This document shows, piece after piece, positions 1 through 13,100 of a stretch of 64,000 nt of DNA (positions are counted from its first letter, which is position 1; every line of letters begins with the position of its first letter). The DNA comes from Catajapyx aquilonaris (lineage: Eukaryota): assembly GCA_000934665.2 (NCBI GenBank), contig KZ537980.1, positions 62,001 to 126,000 on the forward strand. The letters run 5' to 3'. A program made the position numbers and the translations under genes. Under the pieces are notes generated by a model. That model saw only the letters and a program-made list of their open reading frames with translations. It had not been told where the DNA came from and did not search any database.

Positions 1-3000
1 AAGGTGCAATACAGTCAGTCTAAAAATAACTAAGTAAATGAATAACGATGGCCTGAATTTGCCCGTCATTTTCAGCACGCTTTTGAGAAATTCATGACTT
101 AATTCCAGTGTCATTAACACGCTGCAAGTGTACCTTCATTATCTGTGACTGCACATGCCATACTTTCATGTCCACATGCTACAGCAGTTTTTCAGTGCAT
201 ATTACATGTGACACTGTCTGAAAAGCGGATCGTCGAGGAATTGCAAATCACTCTGACCTACCCTGTCAGCGTTACAAGTTTTCCTCAGATTTCAATCTCA
301 AAATCATTAATCCTCGAATGTCAGCATGCTCAGGTGAATGTTCATGATAATATTACAAGGATGACAGTTTTCTTAAACTTAAATGATACGAACACATAGC
401 CTGGTTGATGGAGAAGCCCGGAATTATACGCTGATTGGTCTATAAATAATTCGGGTAAAAGTAACATACATTCGAGGCTAACGAATGTAAATTTCACCAC
501 AATAACCTTGTCATTTCTTATTCCTTCAGGTGGCATTATGAAGTTAGTAAGTTTCGGCGGAAATTTCATGCGCCACAACTTTATAAGATGACTCTGATCC
601 TAAGCTCTGTTAGCAAAAAGCGCGAAACCAAGACAGCAGGATGAATAAGCCTTGGACTATACCCAAGGCAGGAATTCCAACCGCGAGAAATAAGCCAAGC
701 TGTGAACAAAACACAGTTTACAAAATAAGACTGCACACCATAACTCGTAATTACACTTATATTTAATAGTCCTCCTCGGCTGGCGACCAAGAAAATTGTT
801 TTAAAAATTCATGGCATAACTTAGGATAATGCAATCTTCAAAGCGTCCTATCTTGAAATCAGTCAAACGTATGATCGTTCCGCATTTCAGCTCTTCATAC
901 GCACTAAACTTCTACCGCATCCAGTCTTATCACTATAGGCAAGCTTGTTATGTCCTGCTGAATATTCAAAGTGCCGCAACCCTCACTGGCAAAACTAGGC
1001 CTGCCTAATCCAGTACATTACGCGGAGGCTTGTTAAATTTTGGCAGTTCCATGTCTGGACCGCTATTTACTGGCATTTCTACTCTTTATTTAGAGGTGGG
1101 GAAAAGCGTGCATGGGGACGGAAAATAGGGCCCGAGAGAGCTATCCTTCAGCTGGGAAAATATTTTACGTCAAAATGACCACAAGAACTGTTCCATTGAT
1201 TTAAAACCCGGGCCCCGACTTACTACACTGCGGTTGTGCCAAAAACGATACCTCCCAAAAATTGGGATAACTATTCCCATCCCCACCAGCAGGCTTTAAT
1301 ACCCTCTCGACGACAGCGTATGTTACTTCTCGACATGAGATCAGGTTAAAACAACAATCCGGGTTCGTTACCCGAAAGATATGTACCCAGCTCCGGAATT
1401 ATAATTTAATTAATTTGAAAGTTCCCGGGGAAACTGCTAAACTCCGTGGACTGCATGCGTGCGCACTAACTCCTCTAATGAGTTAATGAAAATCAGGAAA
1501 CTTGATTAGTTTTGTAGGAAACTTGGGTAAAGAAGAGCCAAGGCATCACTTGTCAACCAAACTTTCGCATAGGCACGCTCCCTGTTTTAGTCGAGCCTCA
1601 CGAATTTCCATCAATATAACACCCGGTGTCAAAACTGGGACAAACAAAACGTTTCAGTAGGTTTTCACATATGCGCAAAAACAAGTGATCCAACAACTGC
1701 TACCAGAGCATGCATTCAAATGTTTGATTTGATGCGATATTATACAGTCGAATATAATATTCATGAACGGTCCTGCGCCAAAGGGTAACCTAACTACAGG
1801 TTAATTACTAGAAGGCTAACAAATTAGTTGGGATTCCCGCCAAATAAACCTAACCCTGACACAATTGAGGGCTTACTGGTCATCCAGCAGCAAAGTCGTG
1901 ATTGCGTGATACAGTTAGTGCGTAACTACATCAACGGTATATTAATGTATTCATAATTAGAGCGCCAATAGCAAATTGTGTTTGGGACCGTGACGCTGAC
2001 GAGCACGCACCAATTATATTTATGCAAAAGACAAATATTGGTCCAGAGTTGATAAACTGTACAGAATCTGTTCATTTTGAAAGGCTACATGGAATAAGCC
2101 AGGAAACATATTCATGGAAGGTCTGGTGGTATGACATGCGGGCTCACGGAAAGGGAATCTGGAAGGTCTTCCGTGAGAAATTTACCCAGACTAGTCTTTC
2201 CTTCCTGTCTTCGTATGCATGAAACGGGTGTAAAGGACGCCGCCCCTTGCCTCTTCCCTACACCAATCTTGATGTCTACTTTTTTTTTACTCTTCTTTTC
2301 TCACGGATTACGCTTCGTTACGCAAATTTCCGCCTTCACACGCGCCTCTTGTCTCCCATTCTAATGTTGGGTCCTTTCCACAAAATTAGCCCATGCGCAT
2401 TCATGTCGGTTGCGCAGGACGTGGTCAAATAGCAGAAACATTTCTTTTCGGGGAAGGATAAAACACGGTGACTCGTAGAGACAAGGCTGATAAGGAAATA
2501 TTACGACGCCTCTTTCTCCGCGCGGCGAAGGAAAAAAAAAATATAGACGCATAATATTGTAGTTTATGCCCTAAAATAGCTTTAATAGTTCTCCACTCTG
2601 AAATATAAACCCATGATAACGTCAAGAAAACGGGAAGCTAAATCTAGCAGGAGGGAAGGTCCCAATGCACTTTAGTGCTCCCATAATTTCCCCTCCTCCT
2701 CTTCCCAACATAGGTTGGTTGGGTGCAACTTTACGCCCCTGCCCCGAAAATCTTGAGTGAATTTAGTTTCATAACTACCCAGAAGATGAGCCTCGTTCTA
2801 CGACTGACGTGTGTAAATGTGGCAGACTATAATAGGCCCTCAAAATCTAAAACTTATTTTAAAAATTGAACTTAACAGGGACTCTGACCGACTCTGACAG
2901 TGTATTCTTATATATAAGAACGCAACCGAATGCGCATCCGGTGTGTCTTAGAATTACATTATTTTTCTATTATGAACATTATGGTGGACTGCCCACCCTG

Positions 3001-4048
3001 GCCGACATTGGGCTTATGCTCTATGTTATAGATGAGTGATAGATTTCGGCTCAAAAGCAACATCGGCAAATTAACATGAAAGCATCATTACATTAAAACG
3101 TATACCAATTCTCTCGAGAGTTATGGAATTTAAATTTTGAAGCTTGAAAGTGTTTCGACAGGTCCTGATAGTACATGCTGATTGATTAACTCCCGTACAA
3201 GAGCTTCGGCGGGCCAAGTAAACACCGGTCTAACCTCTCCAACCTTTGCTCCAATTGGCCTTTACAAGAGTTAAATCAATCACTCTGTATGTATTGTGCA
3301 GTTGTCTCCTAGCCGAAACAAGTTACTGACGCGTGCCCGGCGTAATTACTCTGTTTCCAATCAGGTTGGCAGGTGGAAACAGACTATTAAAATTCACGTT
3401 GCGGTCCTACTATTGCCGGTACAAATGGGGGTCATGATTCATGTGGCTACATTAATTATTATTGCCATTATCCTCGCAGGACAGCACCATCATCAATATT
3501 ACGCGTTTGAATTATTTTAAACGCATTACACTAATTTTTGCCTCCAGGCCTCATTAGGTTTCAGAAATCGTCATTATTTGACAACCCATTTTCTAATTAC
3601 GGGGGAGAGCCAAATACATGACTCGATTTTTGCACAAACTACTGCAAATTGTGACTCGTTTCATGCCGCATTTAGGGCGAGCAGGTGGAACTGTTAGCAC
3701 AATGGTCACCTGGAGTTTTCCTCCGTTTGAAAGAGGAGTAGTTTTTGAGCCCCCCCAAAAAAGAGAGGCAAAGATGATGTTTTCCTCGGAGCAAAAAGCG
3801 CAGTGAATCGGACTTGAAGAGGCCATCTCCTGACAAAAAAGGGCCGCTCCAATGCGCCCATTCGGCAGTGCTCTTCTAATCTACTCCTTTTCCTAGAGCA
3901 GCTTCCAGGCACGTCTTCACCTGTGTCCCCCTCAAAAGGAAAACCGTTCCAAAAGGTCAAACGGAGGCGGGATTAGAGAAGAATGCATTAAAGCATGCTT
4001 TAAATTGCCACTTCCTATGCGACATTGATTTACGCTCAAAGGAATCCA

Positions 4049-4098
<50 letters not shown>

Positions 4099-4104
4099 AG
4101 AGAG
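4049..4104. repeat. (CT)n microsatellite followed by a short (AG)4
   Basis: Seen directly: nearly pure CT dinucleotide run 4049-4096 (one interruption), then agagagag 4097-4104. Confidence 0.95.
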
Positions 4105-7100
4105 AATGTCCGCGAAACGACGGAATGCTTCCTTTTCAGGCATGTAAATTATTCAAGGCTTCAAGTATTCCAGGGGGGTACGAATTCTACATTCGGATGA
4201 CCTCTGCAGGAGTGAGTGAAGGATAGTGGAATAATATACCGATCATCCTGACGCTCCAGCAACCATAAAGCCACTCTTGCGTTGCCTTTCATCGCACTCG
4301 CAGGATAAAAAGTTCAGCAGACCCTGCCATGTTTGCTCTCAACTTTCCATTGCATTATAAATATCCGAAGCTCTCTTTTTTTGCAAAAAACAACATATGT
4401 CAAAAATGTCACTTTTCAGGAGACAAAAAAACATTCCCTGATCTTCAAAAAATGGATTTTCCCATATGAAAAAATAGGGTCTTATGGACACACTGATGTG
4501 ACGTAAAGTTCCAATATATGCAAGCAGTAATAATGCTGGAAAAATCCTACCGGATTTTGACATACGCTGCTCTTACGTAAACGGTGGAATAATGGTGCCT
4601 AATTTTCCACTTTTCATTATATTTGAATTTTGCAGGAAATCACCGGTCAGCGTGCAAAATTTCCATCGAACATGTCTACAATATGATGACCAGTGGTGCA
4701 AAGTTCGTCCAGAGTTCCTGCAAATACCCCTTACTATGACGTCAGAATCGATAACCACTTTGAAACCCAGGTTTCACATCATCTTTATCAATATTCGAGC
4801 AGCATAAAGCAAAGGGTAATGGTTGCCTGGATGTCAGTTATAGGCCGTGAAAGTAGACGTTGGCAGCAGGTAAGAAAGGTGTGTTTCCTTCCCTTTTTTT
4901 CGTATGGGGGAGGGGGGGGGTTGTAGCCAATCGTCTATTTGCCTGGCGGACTTCCCATCCAATCACCCGGTGCTCCGTTAGCATCAAAATAGTGGAGGCG
5001 GGCCGCTGTAAGAGAAACCATTGCCGGCGGAAGAGAGTGCTTCTGTCCGCCCAGAGCCCTGACCGATGAGCCTTCCCATAAAGGGCGGTGGGAGGCAGGG
5101 GAAAGGCCGATTGCCTGCGTTGCCACCACCTCCAGGCCGGAAACACCTCTGACCCAATTGCACCCTGGGAATTATTGCGCGGTGTACGCCCAGCCTCGGC
5201 TTTTTTCCCTCTTCCAACCAATATCAGCAGCCTGGTGCTACTAACCACACACATCCTACACACACGTTTTTTTTTTCCACGTGCGATGAAGGTATAAAGG
5301 ACCTCGATAGAATGTGACAGTTGCCAACCCTGCTCTCAAGCTCCCCCCTTTTTTTCGGACAGAGAATGTCTCATTTATCTTCATAAAATGGTAAAATAAA
5401 CGAGCGTTCTTTAGTACTTGGGTTGGCTGAAGAAATGAGGGAAGCGGGCAGAGGAAGAGGGATGTGATGCACGTAGAAGCTGCTTATAAAATCATGGGGC
5501 CATGTTAAATTGGGTGACATGACCTGTTGTGCCACGAGCCTATATTCCGCAAGGGAACAGCTGCTCGGTTTGTTTCCAATATGGATCGGGTCAATCTGTC
5601 TGCTCAGGGTTGGAGGGCATTTCAGTGTAAAATGTAGCCAGAATTTACTCCTGAAGCAAGATCTTGGCTATAGAGAAATAGCACAAATCTATATGAATCG
5701 TCATTGACATTAATGTCGATAAAATCAATACGACTAGTACTACTTCATTATTGGAATTGTTCCTGGCGTGGTTTCACATAACAAACTGCAAGTGTATACT
5801 AATAAATTGCGATAAAACCCCTAATTTTTCACCTGAAACCACCCAATATAAGGGCTACAGATCTATACGCCTACATTTTCTGAAAGGAGTACATATACCC
5901 AAAGCATGATGGATTTCTGATGTCTAATTAATAATTGCCTCGTTAAGCGATCGTCCACAGCGCTCTAATTGAGGCATTCAGAGCCTGAAGTGAGTAAGTC
6001 CATTTGGTTCAAGTGGGATTTATAGGCAGGATCAATTCCATGCACATGCACTTAAACCGTATGACTACAAATGAACCTGGGTATTTATGGTCCTGAACGC
6101 CTCAAATCTATACGAAGAACTTTAGATTGGCTGGCGTAACGACACCATGCTTAAACTGGAAAACCATATAACATTTGTTTGCATTCTATGAATAACTTAT
6201 CCCTCCTTACTTTGGCTGGCAGTAATTTAAAAATAGAGCTCAAGTCACGCTCTTTCTTTAAAAGCAAATCCCAAAATAAATTACTCCGATAAAACCTTCC
6301 CCATTTTTTTCACTGTAAAATTTAATAAGGGCTGTCTACCATGGAAATGGAATCACTTGGCCCTCTTGATGTGAGGTAATATCCACGTAGTGTACGTGAA
6401 CCACGAGTCCGCGTGCTAATGATCATTATTCCATGGCACGGCTTGCTCTTGCCTCATAAGCAATTTCCATGCCCACAACATCTACTTAGGCCAGACACTT
6501 CATTCCTGCGGAGACCTAAGGGGGGGTAAAGTGGAGAAAGTGGGAGAAGATGGGGTGAGAGGAGGGGAAAGGAAAGGAGTGAAATGTAGCTAACCACGGC
6601 TGGAGTCCAACATAGATTTTGGTTGGGTTTCCATACCCGCAGGCCTCCCATATAGAGCATCACTGTCGTGTTCATTCGAGAGTGAAATGGTCGCATGTAA
6701 AAATCATATGAACGAACCTTTTTTTTCAGGTCTGGCAACGGTGGTTCAAGTTTCTTCGACCAAACTGCTTGCCCTATAAAAAAAAGCCTTCCCAACCAGT
6801 GCTGCTTGATCGATAAACCTTCACATAAAACATAAGGGTTTATTTGAGTTCGGAAGCGATTCTTCCTCGGGAGATAAAATCAATTACTTCCTGTGGCCAC
6901 CAGGGGCCTGCACTCCTCCTGTCCCATAACTTCCTCACTTAAGACGCGCCTTCAATTCTTTCCGAGGATAACTACACTGCCACATTATCTCCTCAACCTG
7001 AAAACTGTCCGGGCCCATTCAAAGGTAAGTCAATGTCCAATATAATGCATTTGCAGGGGTGAAAACGGTTCAAAGACCTGCTGGATTCGGGGGAAAAAAC

Positions 7101-10100
7101 TAGGCGGAAAAAAGTAGTGAAAGGGGGGTGGAAAGGTTTTTCCAGTGGTGATGACAGGTTGACACATGATGACGTGCCCTTTCCCAGATCTTTTATTCGA
7201 GCCGTAAAAAGATTGTCATATTTCTTAGAGGAAGCATGATGAAGAAGAGGCCTCGGCCGTGGATTAGAGGCCGGGAAGAGTGGCAGAGCTGCCCTCCCAG
7301 ATATCGGCAAACGTCAGCAGGAATGAAATGCTGCTGGGAGCAGCCTCACACCAAAATGAATGGCACTACCTGCGCCCATTCCGCACCCTATTGCACCAAT
7401 AAAAAGGAGTTATGCAGCTGCACAGATCCGCCAGGCATTACCGGCTAGACTTGCTGTCTAACTCATCCCAACACCCAAAATTGTGATGAATGGAGGCTCT
7501 CCTTCCTTTCTATATCCGGCTCAGCATTCAACACGCGATAGATTGACCCAAAAAAAATCAGCACACTGTACTATGCAAAGCTGTATGAGACTATTGATTC
7601 AACAGATACATTCACTGCATGCCTTCCCACTACCTAATTTGATCATTCATCTAGTCTAGAAATACAATGCATTCCGATATCGATTTGGGGGTCAACCACA
7701 GCACTTGTGCACAAGAATCGAAATATTGAACAGGAACAACATGTGCTGCAATCCACGTTCAAGTAGAAATATTCATCCTGGTGCACAATAGGACCTTCGC
7801 GCGAAGAGTTTCGATTACCAATAAACGTTTAACACTAATACATCTGTTCCAGAATTTCAACTATGGAATGCGGGGGTTCCAAAGTGGGGGGTGGGTGACA
7901 TATTTCTCCATTCACTATAGTAAATTGGGTTTCACGTGACGCCAGATTGCATCAACAATATTTTTTCCTTCGAAACATCGGGTTAACAAATATGTGAACT
8001 TGTGACACAGTCAACCGCTCCCACAATAGGCCGGCGATGCGCACCATCATTAAAAGTAATTCAAATAACGGAGTACACATGACATTGTTAGTGTAATAAT
8101 GTACCAGCTAACACATGCATGATTACCTCTGCCAGAATAATGTTATGCAGATAATAACGTAATGACACAGAGTTAACAGGCCAATATTGCAGTCAACTTT
8201 TGAGCCATTATTCCTGCTGATCAATTTACAGTAAATACATATCCCGGCCGGCCAATCAGTATTCAGCTAAACAATATTTCACGGTGGTGCAACAACATTA
8301 TTTGACGCGCAAGTTGGTGGACGCTCCAACCCCGCTTTTGTGCTCATTTCAGCCTGAACAGGCCGGACACGGCAAAGTAACCTATTTGTCATGTAATGTA
8401 GTATTTTGTACCGTGCTGGGCGTGCACACGCGGTTTGTGTACACGACGAATAACATGTTTGTCTCATTGGAAATCAAACAAGGACGGGTACATGTGTTCA
8501 TGTGAAATATGCGGCTGGTGGGCTCAAAAAAGCCCCTCTAAAAAAAGCGAGGAATCGGATTTTGAGCTAGATACATATACCCCTTAGCTATAAGCTGCCC
8601 AAAGCTTACATTTCTCCTACTGCAGTTATACAGCTGCGCATCTATCCATCTTGAACACATTGCCAATAGCTCAGCTTTTATTTCCCCCTTCTGTCTCCTG
8701 TAAATAATGAAATACTCCCAATTCCTCCGGAAAACTCGCACAGAAAGAAGAAATAGAGGCTACTGCGAGAGGGTCGGATGCCTACAGGGACCCGGCCCCT
8801 ATAAAGACACTGTTTCCTGAAAGACAATACTCGGAATCCCTCATTTCTTATCGTTGCCCAAGCCTCTGCGCCTATAGCATGCAATCGCGGGACTACATAT
8901 GGGGGTTCACCGACTAAGTAATGCATGTCTTTTTGCAGCAAACAAGGCTGAATCAATTTCGACTCCATTCATGGTGGAGCCACATGCATTATTCTACTGC
9001 ATGATGTCTGGAACTGCACACATTCTAGACTTTCGGACTGCTACATTACACATTTACATTCAATTCGACTTATGCGAAAAAAAGAAAATTATTGCTCAAT
9101 ATATGCGCCAGCAGATACTGATCCTGTTTTTAAAGTGCGTTTTATATTTCGGTGAACTTTTGAACTTTTCCAGATCCATTCCCCTGCTGGTGGCAGCAGC
9201 AGTTATATAAAAATGATGTCCACTCTTCCGGACGTGACCAGACCGTGTTCGCGCTTCCGTGTAATTGTTCTGGACAGCCAAGTCGCGCCGCGGCCTGCAT
9301 AAATGGCCTAAATGGCTCTAAAGTACTGGAACCATCCTATACACTTATGTGAATAACGGCTCAAACATTGCATGGTCAACATTGTCTGCTGAATTTAAAC
9401 GTGCGCGTGGACCTCAGCGCAGAATGAGACTATCACGTTAAAAAGAGCAATCGCGTATGACAAAGCTTCATACACATATTTATCCCATTGTACATTACAG
9501 GATGGCAGTTCCCAACAGACACTGTGACCACCCTCTGCTCTCTCTCTCACTCAAAAAAGCAAGTCCACCTACTGCAGCCATTGTGGAATCGTCATCAGGA
9601 GTTGGGGCTTTTTACCTGCCCGCACATTCATTCAGGAGGCCAACCTCAACCGACACTAGCAGCCATACTACTCACTCTTCTGCACATCGGCTATATATAC
9701 ACACACCCCAATGGCTACTTCCAGCTCCAATTACGCCCGCAAGCTCCCATTTCAAACCCAACAGGGATTTTTTCCCTCTCTCTACCAACTCTCGTTCCCA
9801 TACACGAAAAAAAAGTTTCACTCTGATCAAATAGCATTTGTGCTCCAATCTATACGCTCATAGCATTTTTTGATAGACTCTGACAGGTAAGACTTTTTTT
9901 TTCCCCTGAGCAAGATACCTATTCATGTTTTCGTGAGTCCCTAGAGCATTTTAATTCCAGTCGATTTCTCTGGAACATCAACATATAAGCAATCATTCTC
10001 TTGCAGATTGGGAAATATTTCCATCGATTTAGAACCTAAAATTTCCTCCGACTCGTTCTGGATATTGCAATTCGGCCCCCGCCTCATGGACTGGAATCTG

Positions 10101-13100
10101 CGAAATTATGTGTAAAGAGGCGGAATTTCAACGTGTAGGCTCCAATATTAACTATAAAAGGTTACGGAATTACATTCCGTAATATATTTCCGGAAAACGA
10201 GAGTAATTTCATATCTCACAGAACGAGATGGAACGTGAGGGGGGAAAAAACCAAATTAGAGCAAGCCACGAAGTGTAGTCAGGGATCTATTTTAACGAGG
10301 TCGTTGGTTCCGGATGATGGCGGTTTTTAGGCAGCAGCACCGCAGGGCTAGCCCAAGTCAGAGATCACATATTTGAGGCGGTAACCATTTCGTCACTCAC
10401 TAACAAGCCACTTTGTATGAGTAGCATCCTGCGGGTTTTTTGGGCCTCTCCCCGGATTAAAGCGGTCAGCGGTTGGCCTGCTGGCCACTGCCCAACTATC
10501 CCCGTTGCCTGTCACATAACCCATTCGCAATTTCGCACCTCGGCCCCCCCTCTAATATCATCCACACAGAAAATGTGATAACTCCCTTCTGTTTAGACTA
10601 GCAACCAGATGTTGCCAATATTTGGGTCACCTTCTTGGCTCTTGAAATTAAAAAATGTTGCTGACTGTACGTTTTCTGAGAATCGCTCGTATACGGTTTG
10701 GATCCGGAGATAGAGTTTATAAAAAAAGGGGGCCGGATACTGGGGTTGGAGTTGGCAGCTTGCGCTTATCGTCCGGATTCAAACAGGGTCTTCCCCCCAA
10801 CAAATTGCTCCATCAAACTTCCCTCCCCCATAGCACAATATGCCTCATGATCTATGAACCGAAATTAAGCTCATTTGTCCTTTTGCCCCCTAGTTTTATT
10901 TATTTTTTTCTGTCCATTTACCCTAGGCACAGACTCCGGTCCATTTGTCTAACATGATGAAAACCCGTCCGAGCGCAACGGTGCATTACATGTTAAACGT
11001 AGAGAAATGTCTTGCGGCCATATTTTTCCCCCCACCCTCAACAGTACACTGTTATAAGCGCAGAAGCCGCTCTGAATTTTTTATCCTGCTGCTGCCTTGC
11101 TTTTCGGTACTAGACCCCTGGTAATTGGTGGACACAAACGAAGCTTTTTACTACCGCGCACTTTATTCTCCCCTGTAAACTGCTTTCCTAAGCGAACCCG
11201 TCGCGTATCTAAATTCGCCATGGAAAACTATTCTAATGATACCCCCATTTATTCCCGGAGCCCGCTGCAACAGCTCAACTCGACTCTTTTCATTGCTGTC
11301 ATTTGCAAACTTTACTCCCCCCCAAATCTGGTGATTTACTTTCATACACTTTCCGAAATAATAGCCAGGCTGCTGCTACTGCTGGACTATAATCCGGACG
11401 ACTCTACACATCCCAAGCCCGTCAGTTCACTTGCATAGTTCATATTCCTAGCCACGCGCCCCATCTACGCATGATGTATGACGCCTCACCGAGCACCGAC
11501 TCACCATCTGTGAATGTCGCAAAAGTTGCTGACCTGGAGCTAAAAGTACGCACGGCGCACTTAACAAGTCATTAATACTGAAATGGAACTCTCTTCGGGC
11601 GGCATTGATTAATATGCGGGTCCGGTCACTCTGGGATTCGCTCCCCGGCACGGTGTATGTGGATGATCTGAAAATATTTGCATTAGGCAATTTCATGCTT
11701 ATGTGGATATCAATTTTTTTCATCCGCCTTGTGCACTCTTTACCCACGCAAATAAAATTCGCGCGCCAGGACCCTACTTAAAACATTGCCCATCTGATAT
11801 GTTAATCAAAAAACCGTTGACATTTTCGACTCAAATGTTGCCATGTAATCACATCACTTTATGACTGATAGATAACTTGTTATATTGCAACACGGCGTCT
11901 CCTTTTACCGCCGTCATGCGTAGAATAAAATGCTTCTGCTGCATACCTAACCACACCTGTACTGCCGTCAAAGAGATAAAAGCGTATCTCAAACGCTGCA
12001 CGTGTTACGCATCCTCAATGGCAAAGTCAATGCATACTGTACTGTGCATGGGGGACCTTTCGTACATTGTCCTATGCTTGATACGCCGTGAAATACACGG
12101 TGAAATAGTGGAATTGCTGGGCTACAGAGCAGATAAGCTACATTGCTGAAGCAGTCTAAAAGTTATGGGATTATCTGCCCCCCAAAAAAGCACACGAATG
12201 TATACATACTGTACAGTAAAAGCAACTTCGACTTCTACGCGCAGACTTTTTGAAGCAATGTTCGATTGGCTATATAGTTTCACATTTTGTATAGGTCTAC
12301 TCAAAAAGGAAGGGTTGACACTATAACTCTGCTCTATCATCTGGGATAAAACCCATGATGTTGAAGGTTTGTAAAATACACAACATGACAATCCTTATAA
12401 TGTGCTTCTAACCAAGACTGTGCATTTCCCTGCTGCACCGATATTAAATCCGGCCAACACCCCCTTATACTTGCCTCTCACGCAAAATTAACTCCAACAC
12501 CTAGTCAAAGCAACGCAGCAAAACACACGTAACCATGAGATGATTTAGTGTTTATTATTTAATGCGTCCTGTCAGAAGCACAGAAGACTGAGGCGGCGTC
12601 AGGCCTTTCGCCCAATTACTCAAGCCATCAGACGCAATTGAGGTGGTCGTGACAAGTAGCTCGACTCAGTCAGGGGGCTTTAGGTCGAAGGTGCCAGGTG
12701 CAGGCAGCAGGGGGACTCAGCCTGAGACAAACCCGCTAATTCTGCTCAGGTGACTCGGAAAGGCAAAGGGCAAACCCTGGCTTCCCTTGTGTCAACCCCC
12801 TTGTCTCACTTGCCAGATTTGCGGGAGACAAGTCAAATCGTCCAAGTTGGACGAAATGTATACTTTTTGGACCAAATATCTTTCAAGTGTTACGTAACGA
12901 ATTGAAGCCGGTTTTTTCGTGGAGACCCGGACAGAAAAAGAAGGCAATGCCCCCGCGTGGTCAAAACTAAAGCGCTTCCTAATAGCCCGTTCCCCAGGCC
13001 GCAGTCCTAACCGCGCCCGTGCAGAAAATTCCCCCTCAAAAATGCACGGATGGCCACTCGGCACGCCATTTGGGCCGTCTCATGCCCAACCACACTCGAC

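Noticed and set aside
9488..9895. Possible + strand exon (CAG acceptor ~9500, GTAAGA donor ~9888)
   Set aside because: Splice-like words arise by chance. There are no partner exons and no homology, though a non-coding exon cannot be excluded.
10162..10182. Short perfect hairpin TTACGGAAT-TAC-ATTCCGTAA and similar small hairpins (e.g. ~28193, ~51792)
   Set aside because: Stems of 7-9 bp are not far from chance expectation in 64 kb. Bacterial terminator logic does not apply to this eukaryotic DNA.
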